This document shows positions 24,740 through 37,593 of a stretch of 64,000 bases of DNA, one piece after another. The position numbers and the translations under genes are program-made. The stretch lies in assembly GCA_950097015.1 (NCBI GenBank), contig CATNEN010000030.1:248001-312000 (forward strand), written 5' to 3'. Position 1 is the stretch's first letter; each line of letters opens with the position of its first letter. Below the pieces are notes generated by a model. That model was given only the letters and a program-made list of their open reading frames with translations, ran no database searches and had not been told where the DNA came from. Origin of the DNA: Macrostomum hystrix. Lineage: Eukaryota > Animalia > Platyhelminthes.

Positions 24740-25671
24740 TCTGCCATATGTAAATGCATTAGCTTTGCTAAAATGCTAATAGATAACATAATAGTCTCTT
24801 AATAATACTAATTTTATTATTACTGATTATAATAGACTATTAACATATACATATATTTAATATCTTGTATGAGTTTTTATTTAGAAAGGAAAGACTTGTT
24901 TGGCAAGTCTAGATTGTGTATTTAAGCTTTTTAAATAAGCCTAATCAAATTATCTCAAGAGTGAATAAGCTAAGCTACAAGTGTGGATTTAAGAAGGGGG
25001 GCAAACATTGTTTGCTTGATTGAACTAAAATGGGGGTAAGTTTTTAATATAGAATAAACTTCAATGCATGTCAATATATGACATGTTCTTAAATTTGGAT
25101 CTGCAAGTTTACATGGTTAAAATTTACTTTATAACTGCCTTGTTACTATAGCTAGGTTTAATATGACTTGTGCAAACTGAAAATTTGTTAATTGAAGTTG
25201 CCTGTGTATGCTAAAGAAGATATACAAATCAGGCTGGATAGAAGGCCAGGGAGAGAGAAAGAAAAAGGAAATAGAGAAAGAACAAATGGTGCAGTTGTCC
25301 ACACTCCAAGCTAAAACATGCTAAGTTTGCAGGATAGCAGCTAGCATAGCTAGCTGGCAGGGGAGGCTAGGATTCTTTAGAAATAGCTATTTTATTTTCT
25401 CTTGTAACAGAGAAATTCTTTATAACTATTTTATAAATAGTATTTAACAAAATATTCCAAAGGTAAATATATTGGCAGTTCAGAACATACTTGTACTTGA
25501 ATTCTCGGAACTTTAATTAAAAGTATAAAAATTGTTTATTGCTTTAAACCTTAAAATATTTGTTAGTAATTTTTTTCATTTAATAGTTATAACAAATTTG
25601 TAAATATAAGACATTTTAAATGGTTAGAATTTCATTTAAAAATAATTACAGTACTGTTCACCTGTTGACAG

Positions 25672-27222
25672 GTCAGTCTGTTGACATCAGAGAATAAATT
25701 GACAGCTCAGATGACAGCTGCTAGCAGCAACAGCAGCAGCAGTGCCAGCAGTGGCTGGCAGCAGGATGGCCAGCTCTGCCGTGGCTCTGGCTATGGCAAA
25801 GGTGTCTCTGCATCGTCGGCAGCAGCAGTAGCAGCAGCAGTCATTCAGCAGCTGCCATTCTGTCATGTACCGCCATTTGCTAGCCTAGACCAGCGCGCCA
25901 AGATCGAATCGGCCAAACGATTCGTGACCGAATTGAACATTAGAGCAGTGATTACCAGGCAGGCCAGTCTGCAGATGCAGCAGCAGCAGCCGATGGCGCA
26001 GGTGCAGCAGTCCACTAAGCCTGCCAGGCAGCCAATCTCAATGCTTTGCCGTATCTACGTTGGCAATATCGGCTACGACGTTGACGAAGAAGCTATAAGA
26101 GTCGCTTTCTTACCATTCGGCGCCATCAAAGCCGTCGAAATGGGCTGGGACGCCACGCGCACTAAGCACAAAGGTTTTGCTTTCGTTGAATACGAACTAC
26201 CAGAGGCAGCCGCCATGGCCATTGTTGGCATGAATGGCGCCCCATTAGGCCAGCGTAGCATTCGGGTTAGCCGGCCTAACAACGTCACTGACGCGACCCA
26301 GGTCATCGACGAGATGATCAAGGAGTCTAATTTACAGAACTGGCTGTACGTGTCCAATGTTAGGCGAGATTTGAGCGAAGGCGATCTTCGCCTGGTGTTT
26401 GCGGCATTCGGCTCCGTGCTGGAGTGCGCGCTGGCGCCCCTGACTGAGGCGGAGGCTGGTAGCGCCGACAAGCACAGGGGGTTCGGCTACATCCAATACG
26501 AGACGGTTTGTTCATTCTACTTTTGTTGGGGCGCAACAGTCAGTGTGTCATGCATTGAGCTTAAATAGTCTTTTATGAGAAAGCTCTATTAAACCTGTGC
26601 TCTTTATGAGAGCAAAATTAAGAGAGCACTCTTTAGTCGTTATGAGGTGTGTCACCGAATTCTAAGCTGTCATAAGGTGTCACATTGTGTAGCTTTTTAT
26701 ATTGTCCCTTCACGGGAGAAAGATACATATTAGTTGCGGATTTTAAATTTATCATTTTCGATTCTATGTTTTTTGCTTTTCGTAAAATTCTGTTTGTTTG
26801 CTCACAGATTTGCAACGAAAATTGTCATGGAGCAAGAGGCTAAACAAGAGATTGCTGAACAGTCCATGGACTGAACGGCTGTTCGCAGCTTTCTAGTTCT
26901 CTCGCAAAATTACTTTTAAATCACTACTTTTAGTAGAGCATTTCAGACTCATTGTATAGCTATTAGTTGGCAATTTCCGCAGGCTCAGGAAGCAACAGAC
27001 TCCATGAAGAATATGAAAATGTTCGATCTTGGCGGCCAGCAATTGCGGGTTGGTCGGGCCGCAACCCCGCCGGAGAAGTCTGTGCCTAGGCTGATGCAGA
27101 AGCCTCCGCCGCCGCCTCCGCTTTCTTCGGACGCCGATAAAAAATCAGTTGCAATTTGTGAATCAAATGAATTTAGTAACGCAGAGTCTGTTGCCCAGGG
27201 CAACGGAGATAATGGCAGCTAG
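25672..27222 (+). CDS. PUF60: PUF60/half-pint-like poly(U)-binding splicing factor; two RRMs, no C-terminal UHM visible
   Basis: Exons 25672-26505 and 26983-27222 (phase 0). MLCRIYVGNIGY..KHKGFAFVEYELPEAA..RVSRPNN and KHRGFGYIQYE|AQEA..MFDLGGQQLRVGRAATPP match PUF60 RRM1/RRM2. The start is either ATG 25711 or in an unseen upstream exon. Confidence 0.85.
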
Positions 27223-27869
27223 CCCTGATTGATCCCTCACCCTATGCACCCTAGCTTTATCTTGGCTCCTTCCACTGTCCTTCTAGCGACCAACGTTTAG
27301 CTAGGCCTGGCAATTTTTTGTTTGCTTATTTGCTCCTATGTTTGCTTGCGCGGGAATAAGTACTTTGGTCTATTTAGTGTTTTTTGAGACTGGCCCTATA
27401 TCTTATTAATTATAGTCAATGTTAACATTCTTAGTTTTTTATTCAAAGACAATTTTAATGCGATCAGGGGTCAGAATAAGCATCTGTACTTGTTAGTTGA
27501 TAACTAAGTGTGTTTTGTTTTCACAAATACAAGTGTTTCGAATGAATAATGTATATGACGCGAAAATGTAAAGCATTTTTAGTATTTTGTTCATTTGTTA
27601 CTGAGCATCGTAAGCTTGTTTACTGTAAAATCCCATTTGTTGATACTTCAATAATGCGTTTCTTTTCTGTTTAAAAATCTAATGCTTGCTTTACTCACAT
27701 TGAGTGCATTGAAATACAGAGTAAAATAAAGACAAGCTTGTCTGATTTACTCTACTTAACGTTTAATAGCATCAACTCATGAGAAGAATTGTTTTTTACT
27801 CAAAACAATATATAAAAATTTGAGCTGTTTTTCACTTATAATATTATTTGAGCATCAGATTGGAGCGCC

Positions 27870-29420
27870 ACTCTCCCTGATCCTCAGGCTGCGGCGCCAC
27901 TCTCCCAGATCCTCAGTCTGCGGCGCCACTCCCCCTGATCCTCAGGCTGCGGCGCCACTCTCCCTGATCCTCAGGCTGCGGCGCCACTCTCCCCTGATCC
28001 TCAGGCTGCGGCACCACTCTCCCAGATCCTCAGGCTGCGGCGCCACTCTCCCAGATCCTCAGGCTGCGGCGCCACTCCCCCTGATCCTCAGGCTGCGGCG
28101 CCACTCTCCCTGTTCCTTAGGCTGTGGCACCACTCTCCCAGATCCTCAGGCTGCGGCGCCACTCTCCCAGATCCTCAGGCTGCGGCGCCACTCCCCCTGA
28201 TCCTCAGGCTGCGGCGCCACTCCCCCTGTTCCTCAGGCTGCGGCGCCACTCTCCCAGATCCTCAGGCTGCGGCACCAATCCCCTGATCCTCAGGCTGCGG
28301 CACCACTCTCCCTGATCCTCAGGCTGCGGCGCCACTCCCCCTGTTCCTCACGCTGCGGCGCCACTCTCCCAGATCCTCAGGCTGCGGCATCACTCCCCTG
28401 ATCCTCAGGATGCGGCGCCACTCTCCCCTGATCCTCAGGCTGCGGCGCCACTCCCCCTGTTCCTCAGGCTGCGGCGCCACTCTCCCCTGATCCTCAGGCT
28501 GCGGCGCCACTCCCCCTGTTCCTCAGGCTGGGGCGCCACTCTCCCTGTTCCTCAGGCTGGGGCGCCACTCTTTCAGATCCTCAGGCTGCAGCACCACTCT
28601 CCCTGTTCCTCAAGCTGGCCACACCCCCTGTTCCTCAGGCTGGGGCGCCACTCTCCCAGATCCTCAGGCTGCGGCGCCACTCTCCCCTGATCCTCAGGCT
28701 GCGGCGCCACTCTCCCCTGATCCTCAGGCTGCGGCGCCACTCTCCCAGATCCTCAGGCTGCAGCACCACTCTCCCTGTTCCTCAAGCTGGCCACACCCCC
28801 TGTTCCTCAGGCTGGGGCGCCACTCTCCCAGATCCTCAGGCTGCGGCGCCACTCTCCCCTGATCCTCAGGCTGCGGCGCCACTCTCCCCTGATCCTCAGG
28901 CTGCGGCGCCACTCTCCCAGATCCTCAGGCTGCAGCACCACTCTCCCTGTTCCTCAAGCTGGCCACACCCCCTGTTCCTCAGGCTGGGGCGCCACTCTCC
29001 CAGATCCTCAGGCTGCGGCGCCACTCTCCCCTGATCCTCAGGCTGCGGCGCCACTCTCCCCTGATCCTCAGGCTGCGGCGCCACTCTCCCAGATCCTCAG
29101 GCTGCAGCACCACTCTCCCTGTTCCTCAAGCTGGCCACACCCCCTGTTCCTCAGGCTGGGGCGCCACTCTCCCAGATCCTCAGGCTGCGGCGCCACTCTC
29201 CCCTGATCCTCAGGCTGCGGCGCCACTCCCCCTGTTCCTCAGGCTGCGGCGCCACTCTCCCAGATCCTCAGGCTGCGGCGCCACTCTCCCCTGATCCTCA
29301 GGCTGCAGCACCACTCTCCCTGTTCCTCAAGCTGGCCACACCCCCTGTTCCTCAGGCTGGGGCGCCACTCTCCCTGTTCCTCAGGCTGGGGCGCCACTCT
29401 CCCTGTTTCTCAGGCTGGGG
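27870..29420. repeat. Minisatellite, 29-30-bp unit CACTCTCCCAGATCCTCAGGCTGCGGCGC
   Basis: About 52 units, with higher-order repetition in the 3' half. Confidence 0.97.
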
Positions 29421-30698
29421 CATATAGTAAAGTATATAACTTTTATGTGCAGTTGCAGTCTTCATTGGTCTCCTTAGTCTCGCTTCTGTTGGACTGGGGA
29501 AAGAGATTTTTGGTGCAATACGTTAGTGATCTTTAAATCTTAACATTCAATTTACAACCTTGGCCATCACTCTCCAGAGTGCTGGTCTTTTGCGCACTTC
29601 ACAACTCTGAGAAGGTAATTTACAGAATGAATCAATTAAGAGGGGTCGCTGTGGTTCTAACCAGCGTTGTCACTTTTTAATTGGCGCCTTATAAGCAGAC
29701 AATTCCTTTATAGGGAATAACGATCGTTTAACATTTTTATTTCCCCATTGTCTGCAGGAAAATTAGCGATCGCCACTTGAGAACTGAAATTGGCTCCCGC
29801 AGGAGTAATTGACACTTCATTAGTATTCTCAAGAAGGCTTTCGGGGTGAGCTTCTTGACTCCCAAAATGCGTGAGTCGTGTAGCTGTGGATGAGAACTAT
29901 AGAAGCCTGTGTACTTAGCGAAAAATCATTAGGACGTTTAAAAAATGGTTTCCAGCTGTGTAATTTGCGCCTCACCAAAAGTACAGATAAAATTATCTTC
30001 TAACATGACAGATAATGACAGATTGTGGTCAGCCTTTGTAAGGTAGCGCTATTTCGATTGCTTCACCTTTCCTTAACCCATTTCAAATGCGCCACTTTAA
30101 GTCCCACCACTTACACATACCACATGCCACACACACTCTCTGGCCAGCCGATAGTCTATAGAACTAGCGGCTCACCCGCCCTGTGCAGTGTGCACTAGCA
30201 GCACTCAGTGAAAATCTGTATGGTCGGCCAGGCTGACGACACACTACTTTTTTAGCATGAAATCGTACCAATCCGATTCGGTGAAAGCGCTTTGCTGAAG
30301 TGTCTCTGCGGTTCGACACTTTTGGATTTGGATCTGTGTCCAGCCAAGCAAAATAGTGAGATTTGGCAGCAGGGACTGATAAGAGAGATCAAGGGAAAAG
30401 TATATACTTATTCTATACCACGCATCATATTGCCGCAAGCCTTTTCAACACGCTTCGATCATTTGCGTTGAAAGGCAAAGAAAAGCTGGGAAGTGAAGTG
30501 TGTGGCTAACCGCCTGTCAGGGAGGATTGACAATTTAGTAGAGCCGCGTATTTTCAAGGGATTTTTATAGCTCGGTCTAGTTGGCCCATAGCCTCCGGCT
30601 GGTGCGACTGGATTAATTTCCCGTTGCCTTACCCTCCTTTAGTGCGCGAAGTCGAACACGTGAACGAGAAATTTGATCTGCTATTAACACCCCGCGCC

Positions 30699-31065
30699 AG
30701 GGGGGTGAGTGGCAGAGCGGTTAACGCGTTTGCCTCTCGCACCACAGTCCTTAAGTTCGATTCCACGGCGAGGCCACATTTATTTGGGGCGCAGCCGCGG
30801 AGAGAAGGCTTTGGGTCTTGTCGTGCAATTGACGCCCTTGAGGGCCAACCTCCAAGGCACAGTGAAGTGTACACTGCCTGACGATGAGAAAGTCAGGGCA
30901 GATGTACACACCTGTGTGAGCGTATGCCTGCGTACAGTATTTGTGTGCGTGTGTGCTCAGGAGTCAGCGAAATGGGCAGAATTGCCTCCTCGCTGGCTGC
31001 GGGTCTAGTGTCACCAAATGATGTGCCATTGCCCGCAGCCCTCCTGCAATTATTATTATTATTAT
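30699..31065 (+). mobile_element. SINE family B, full length, with 17-bp target-site duplication
   Basis: A box TGGCAGAGCGG, B box GTTCGATTCC and (TTA)n tail; TATTAACACCCCGCGCC at 30682-30698 and 31066-31082. Confidence 0.92.
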
Positions 31066-31205
31066 TATTAACACCCCGCGCCTGTAGACAAGAGCGCCTG
31101 TCTTGAATGTCGTGCAGAATAAACTGTTGATCCTTTTGATCGTGTATTTTTATACTCGGAGGCAACCAAATTGTCGCATGTACGTGACTAGGACTAGGAT
31201 ATAAT

Positions 31206-31457
31206 GGAATCGTAGCCTAGTGGTTAGAGCGTCGGACTCACGACTTAAAGGTCGGGAGTTCGATTACCGACTCTACACGAGCACTTAACTCTGCATGGCT
31301 ACAGTTCACTCAGCCGGTAAATGGGTACCAGCATCAGCCGGGGTAATTAGGGGTGGGTGTGGCGTCCCCACAGTCCATGGACTGAACAGCCGTGCGCAGC
31401 TTTCAGATGCGCCGCGCTATAGCTGCGGCTGTGCTGTCGGCTGCACATCTGACCTGG
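31206..31457 (+). mobile_element. SINE family A copy
   Basis: Head and body match the other family A copies; short internal deletion. Confidence 0.85.
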
Positions 31458-33149
31458 ATAGGTAAGTATATATATTTTTAATATTTTTATTAGGATATAA
31501 CTACTATAAACTTCTCTTTCATTTAGTTCTTTAATTCAGAATCCTGTGAGCCTGTTGCAGCGCCAGTATATTTGAGTATGTGATGTGTTCATTCATTTCA
31601 GAGGCATTCATTTCAGAGGCCAAACAAAAAATCGAATGATTTGTTGTTGCATTTTTCTCGGGAAACGAGATTTTTCTCGCTCTTTTACTATATAAACAAA
31701 ACATTTCGCGTACTTTATTTAAGGGCCCATAAAAATATTTTACCAATCGAAATCTCCTAGATAGTGAACTCAAATACGCGGCCATCGTCCCAGTTGACGA
31801 GAAGAGTAGACAAAGCAGATAAGTCTAACATTAGCAATGATTAGACATCGTTAATAAGTCCGATTTCTTTGTATTAATGGCCCCAACATCTATTGCCCCA
31901 GGCTGATAGTTAACCAGTTTGAGTTCAATGCTACCTACTTACACGGTATGCTCTGAGCCATGTTTTTTTGATGCAGCCGCATGGCAAAGAATGAGTAGTT
32001 GTACTCTAGTAATTGGCCATGTCGCTGTTAATTATTGAGCTCGAGGACTATGTGGACTGCAAATGTGATTTCCGGTTTAATCAAACTCTGTCACAGCTTT
32101 TTGTGTCCGAAGCGTGTTCTTTATCTTTGAGCGAAAATACATTTATAACAAATTATAAATTATTATTAATACGTCCTAATCAGATATGACTATTTGTCAT
32201 TGCGAGGTGGTACAGAACAGAACAGGCTATCGGTTTTGAATTTCAGACTAAACTTGCACTGAGCTAACCAGTAGTATTTAGTAAGGATTTAGTAGTAGTA
32301 GTATTTAGTAAAGGACAATATACGAACAATAATGACTAGGGGGCTGTGGGCAGAGACATCAATTGGCGACAGGAATGACTTGCAGCGATTGATGAGGCGG
32401 TTATCTGCCCTGTGGCAAAATTTAGAGCTCTGATCTGTTAATCTATGCTTTTTATTATACTAGTGCAATAAATTGAGTCTTTGCAAATAATTGAGTATTT
32501 TCAGTTTAAAAACTTACAAATTGTTTCAATGCCTTTAAGACTGAAATTTGAACTCCAGCCAGCTGTTAGCCAGTCAATACGAGCTATGACGTCTATTAAG
32601 TGCATATTTCAGTTACTTCCCGTGTATTACTTACTGTTCTACCATATATCGTTCTCAATATTTTCGGCAGAATTATACAATTTCCAATAATGAAGGTAAT
32701 TCTGCACTCGATATTAATGCACTTTTACTTGTATATTTGATAATCTTAGCATTTAGAGTCAAGAAGTACCACAATGATCAAACGCTTTATTAAAACTACC
32801 AATACAGTTTTTCAATAGCGATAGCCAAAATAAAAACAATAAATGTATATATTCCATGCACAGCAAGTGGAAATTAAGCTGCAAACACCAGGTGGCAAAC
32901 AGCTAATGTCATAGACCCGATAAGAAGGGGGTTGGAGGGTAAGAGAAGTAAGGATGAGTCAGAGGGTAAGAGATGAAAAGGAGACAGTGAAAACACGATT
33001 GGACACGATCGAGAGAAGGAGAGAGAGAAAATAATAATAGAATGACCAATCACCGTGCAGGGAGAGGGTAAGAAAGGAAAAACAGCGTACAGTGCAGAGA
33101 AATGACAAACAAAAGGGAAGGGTGGAAGGTGGTGAAAGTTGCGACCTGC

Positions 33150-33310
33150 TGAACCTATGAGCGATGCTTTCTGCTTTTGCAAGGCTGGTAAAGCATCAAC
33201 TGTTGTTTTCTTAGAATCCAACTTGATCCGTAGAGTATGGACAATATCTGGGATTCGATGTCGGTTTGACAAGTGTGTAGTATTGGAGGACCATCCGCCT
33301 TACTCAAACT
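33150..33310 (-). mobile_element. Possible RTE-like LINE relic
   Basis: Minus-strand translation ILSILYGSSWILRKQQL resembles the LLYGSExW motif near the 3' end of RTE ORFs; very degraded. Confidence 0.35.
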
Positions 33311-34469
33311 GAGAATCTGCTTCCCTTTGAAATTCGATCTGCTATCAGTTTCCAGACAGATACTCTATGAAACAAGCGGGACATCACCGATATGCACTAG
33401 TTCTAATATCAAATTTTTTAACCGGAGTATATGAGCTTACTAAAAAATTGAAATTTCTAAAAACACATTCGAAATTCTAGAACCGTAGCGAGAAACGTAC
33501 TTTACGAAATTCAGTCTCACAATTGTACTAGTATATATTGCGAAGAAATGTAACTATGTACTAATGTACTAACGGCTGGTTAGTTGATTAACTAGCTCGT
33601 ATTTATTGACTTCTGACAAAATAGTCGAATGCATAATAAGCAGTATAGCTCATGAAATCTATTAGGAATAGGAATATCCGAGATTCTACAAAAAATGCTT
33701 ATCTAATAGTCTCAATTATGTGGCCTAATTTCGGATTCAAATTGATGCCAATTCATTGAATTTGTGGCTCATAGCAAGGGAGTTGCACCGTCATCCATAT
33801 ATCAGTATAAAATGTATAGTTCCTGGGGACTGACGCAAGTCTTAGAGGCGTGCGCCAGCAGATTTAACGCTCGACTGACTGACTGCGCTGAGCCTCTGCT
33901 GAGCTTAGTTGAGAAGTGGGAACGTGACTTTCCTTCCCCTCAACCACCCCGAAGAATTGTCCAGCACGGACCAACGGGTGCAGCAGCCACAGCAGGCCAT
34001 CCAGTTTGCTGCGCACCGGACTGTGATTCCCGCTTACTGTAGTGCGAGATCCTGATTTTGGAAATCGAGAGGGAATTAGATTTAAAGCCATGAAGCGCTG
34101 CTGTCTGTGTCTCTTGGACTCAAATTCAGACTCACTTCTATATATAGCTTGTATTTTCGATGTTGATCACAGAGTACTCTGGTGCGACGAGGTGTTCCTT
34201 TCAATTTGAGCAGAACCGCATTTTCGAAAATAGAAAAATTTTCTGTAAATAAAACTTCTGGACATTGGATCTCACCTCTCAGTCCTACAGCGAAGGCCTT
34301 TATTGTATTATATCAGTGTATCTGCAGGAAAATCAGTGCGAGCGCATGTGTCATTTAGTGATTAAAACAATATTAACGCATTCTGACACTTTCATGTGTG
34401 GCATATAATTTTGAAACTAATGAGTATGACATTATCGCTTGAAGCCCTGACATGTTCTGTTTGCAGAAG

Positions 34470-34690
34470 TCTGAAAATCCCCCGCTGTCACGTGTCGGTC
34501 ATCGGCACCGCTTTCATGCCGTACAGTAGGATCGGCTCCACGGCCACGCGGAAGAGGCGCACCTTCAGGCCGTCCCTTAAAGCTGAGTTGAAGACGTTCC
34601 TGAGCAGGTGCGCAGCGCGCCAGGCCTGATTCCTCCTGTCAGAGACGATGGAGTCCGGGCTAAATTGGTTTCGATGGTTCCTTATAGAAC
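34470..34690 (-). mobile_element. RTE-like LINE fragment
   Basis: AWRAAHLLRNVFNSALRDGLKVRLFRVAVEPILLYG matches the post-RT KxRLFxxxVExILLYG motif of RTE-clade elements. Confidence 0.65.
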
Positions 34691-37046
34691 ATCTCGTCCG
34701 AGGTCTTTCTACAATAGACACCAAATGAATAGAACAGTCAAATAATGTAATTAATCTACAGATATCGATTGCACATTTTAAGCCCAATAGTTTTCAGGCC
34801 AGTGAAATGGTTAATTGGCCTAGTGTCGAGTTCTCAGGCTTCATTTCTAAGTGACTTTTGGCCATAGACGACCACTCTACTGATAAAGACGGTGCCAAGG
34901 AATCGTAAACCTTCATATCTGTACATCGATTTTACATTAAATACCAGTTATACGCATGGTAATCATCTATCGACTAATCTATTTCTGGCTGCGCATGTAC
35001 GAGCTACAAGATAACGGACTCAGCAGTTAAACGGACTGTCACAACGAACAGGACCTTGTCATTAAATTGTTAGCTAGCCTAAAGCCATTTGTAGAAGAAG
35101 CTTAGCCACAGCCGCATATTTAGGCTGGTAAATTTTCAATATTTAATGAATTTCTTATCTCCCTCTGCTGTCGAGTACGCGACGCATGTCCTTCGGGTGT
35201 TGGCGCCGCAGGAGAGATAAGAATAAGTTTCTCTGCTTTGCCCCATGGGGCTCGGCGAATATAATGGTGAAACTTTTTATTCGGTACTGATGACGACTCA
35301 TTGGTGGGCATGGAATTGAAAATGGTTACTACTTCGCACCATTATGTGTATATAGGTTTCTGAAGAGGTTACAACAAACATACGGAGTCCACGGCAGTCC
35401 ACATCCTCAAAAGGAGAGAGGTTTGCTCAGTCAACTTCAGTCCAACTCCTAGTAGAATTTTTATGCCAGGATTTGGTCTATGGCCCAATCATAGTCAGGC
35501 AATGTGTGCTTTTGTTTAATATGATGTACACGTAAAAATGCATGGTTGAGATTGAGGAGCATTGTAAGGGAAATTTTATGATAAGCGGACTTTGGAAAAT
35601 GAATTGAACAACATTCCATACAATAAATATAAAAATATGAATACTGCAGCTATCATATGGCTCTCAAAAGATACATTTGATTTAAAAAAACTGAAATTTG
35701 CTTATCTACTCGATGCACTTTTCACTTAAAATCGAGCTTCTGCTATTTTTCCACGAATCGCGAGTCTTGCTTACTCTGTTTACTAGACATTGACTACCTT
35801 CCGTATCGACTGACCTTCTACTAGTTACTTGGTACTCGCTGGAGCACTTTCTCGCAAACGATTATTCCATGGAAGGCCTGTCGAGATTTTCCCACACTAA
35901 AAAGTCCGCAGTTCATCCCTAGTAGGACTGTGTTGATAAAGCTGGCATGGAGGCCTCCACAGTCCATGGACTGAACAGCTGGACCGGGCCATTGCTGTGG
36001 CTGTAAATTCTCCCTATCTTATCTTGCGTTAATTTCTATCTATGGACTAAGGATCTTATACTCGTATAAGCGCCTTTTGATGTGATTTATATTAAAAACA
36101 CCTTTAGACGAATGAGAATACGAATTATGCGCATATGAGAATCATTTTGACATGTTGATAATTTAGTTCTAGTAGCTCTTAACATCTCGCAGCTAGCTTG
36201 TGGTTTCCTAGTCGGAAGGGTGACAGGGTTCTTCGGAACTGTGGATACGTAGCTTTGATGATTTTGAGTCAATGTTTAGACTTAGATGATTCTCACACAC
36301 AGCACAGCTTGTTTTATTAAATTTAAACAATTGCTAATTGTTCTGAATATCATCCTTCTTTGAAACAAATCGTACGTCTGAACGATTTGCGAAAGCGAAT
36401 AGTTTCATTATAGAATTAACTGGTGGCAATGAACACACCTGCTGGACCATGAATGTTGCCGGCATGGGATCTGAAAGCTGTTTATTCATTCTCGTGAATA
36501 GCGCTGCTTTCGCATTCAGAAGGCACACAAGCTGAACCAAATGCAAACATGCGTTAACTCGAACCAGCAGGCTGAAAAAAACCTGGCGCTGATACCGCAT
36601 TGTCAACTTTTCGGTGAAAAAATTCTGTTGGAAGAAACTTTCTTTAGCCCAGAATTCGTTTAAGAAGAACTTCGGACAGATATTAACTGAAACGCTGCTG
36701 TTGGGATAGTTTATTATTAATTAAGCATGCCTAAAACAGCAAATTGATTAAACAATGTTAAAACACTGGCTTTCTAGGCTACTTCATGAGGCCTCTAGGT
36801 GGACATATGCGCCTACACTTGCTGAAGAAAAATTTCCACCTCATACCCCTGTTGATTGTCAATGTCTCAAAAAGAGTCCGGTTGCTGGAGTAAACACACA
36901 ACACAGGCCATTGATTAGCCCTCATTGGAGCCGGGCATTGAAGCGCTCGATGACATCCAGTCCTCCCGAGCGATTTTGTCGGCCAATCGCGAAGGAGAAT
37001 ATCAGTCCAGTAAGGACTGCTCATCCCGGCTTTCAAAAGCCAGGAT

Positions 37047-37052
37047 TATAAA
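37047..37052 (+). promoter_or_regulatory. TATA box of the prohormone gene
   Basis: TATAAA lies just upstream of a short non-coding exon that ends in CAAG|GTAAGT at 37154. Confidence 0.55.
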
Positions 37053-37266
37053 GGCCTGTGCTGTCGACGGACGCGAGAACTCACTCTTCACCTGACGTTT
37101 GAGACTGCGAAAAGCCTTCTAGATCAACTTGTACAAGGCCACGTTTTGCACAAGGTAAGTGACGATTTCTATATCTCTTTGTGCTTACAATTTCTTAACA
37201 TTCAAAATGACAACAATCAAGAAACGTTTGCTGGACTCAAATCTCTGCGCGCAGAAGTCCAAAGCA

Positions 37267-37593
37267 ATGTCCAGCCGTCGAGTCGCTATCGTCTTTGCCG
37301 TTGCCAGTCTGATGGTCGCTGCCGTCTGCTCGGCCACGCCGACTGGCGAGTATCGGCAGCACGAGGTTGAGCGTCGATCTGCCGGCGGCGGCGGCGGACC
37401 TGGCGAGGACGACTTCTACAAGCTGTTCATGGTGAAGCGGATGCTGGCTGACCAGCAGCGGCTGCACAGGCGGGGCGGCGACTTTGACCGGCTGATTAAC
37501 CAGCTGGAGCGGCTCAACCGCGACGGCGCCGGTGCCAACGCCGACTCGATGATATTCCGGCTGAAGAAGCGGCTGCAGCATGAGGGTCATTAA
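37267..37593 (+). CDS. Secreted neuropeptide/prohormone-like precursor, 108 aa
   Basis: Intron 37155-37254 precedes the ATG at 37267. Signal peptide MSSRRVAIVFAVASLMVAAVCSA; cleavage sites RR, KR, RR and KKR. Confidence 0.75.
   Translation: MSSRRVAIVFAVASLMVAAVCSATPTGEYRQHEVERRSAGGGGGPGEDDFYKLFMVKRMLADQQRLHRRGGDFDRLINQLERLNRDGAGANADSMIFRLKKRLQHEGH

Noticed and set aside
29758-29865. Strong acceptor/donor pair downstream of PUF60 as the missing UHM exon
   Set aside because: The two frames I translated hit stops and show no UHM similarity; at most a non-coding exon.
33764-34042. 92-aa GC-richer ORF
   Set aside because: No recognisable domain and no consistent exon partners found.
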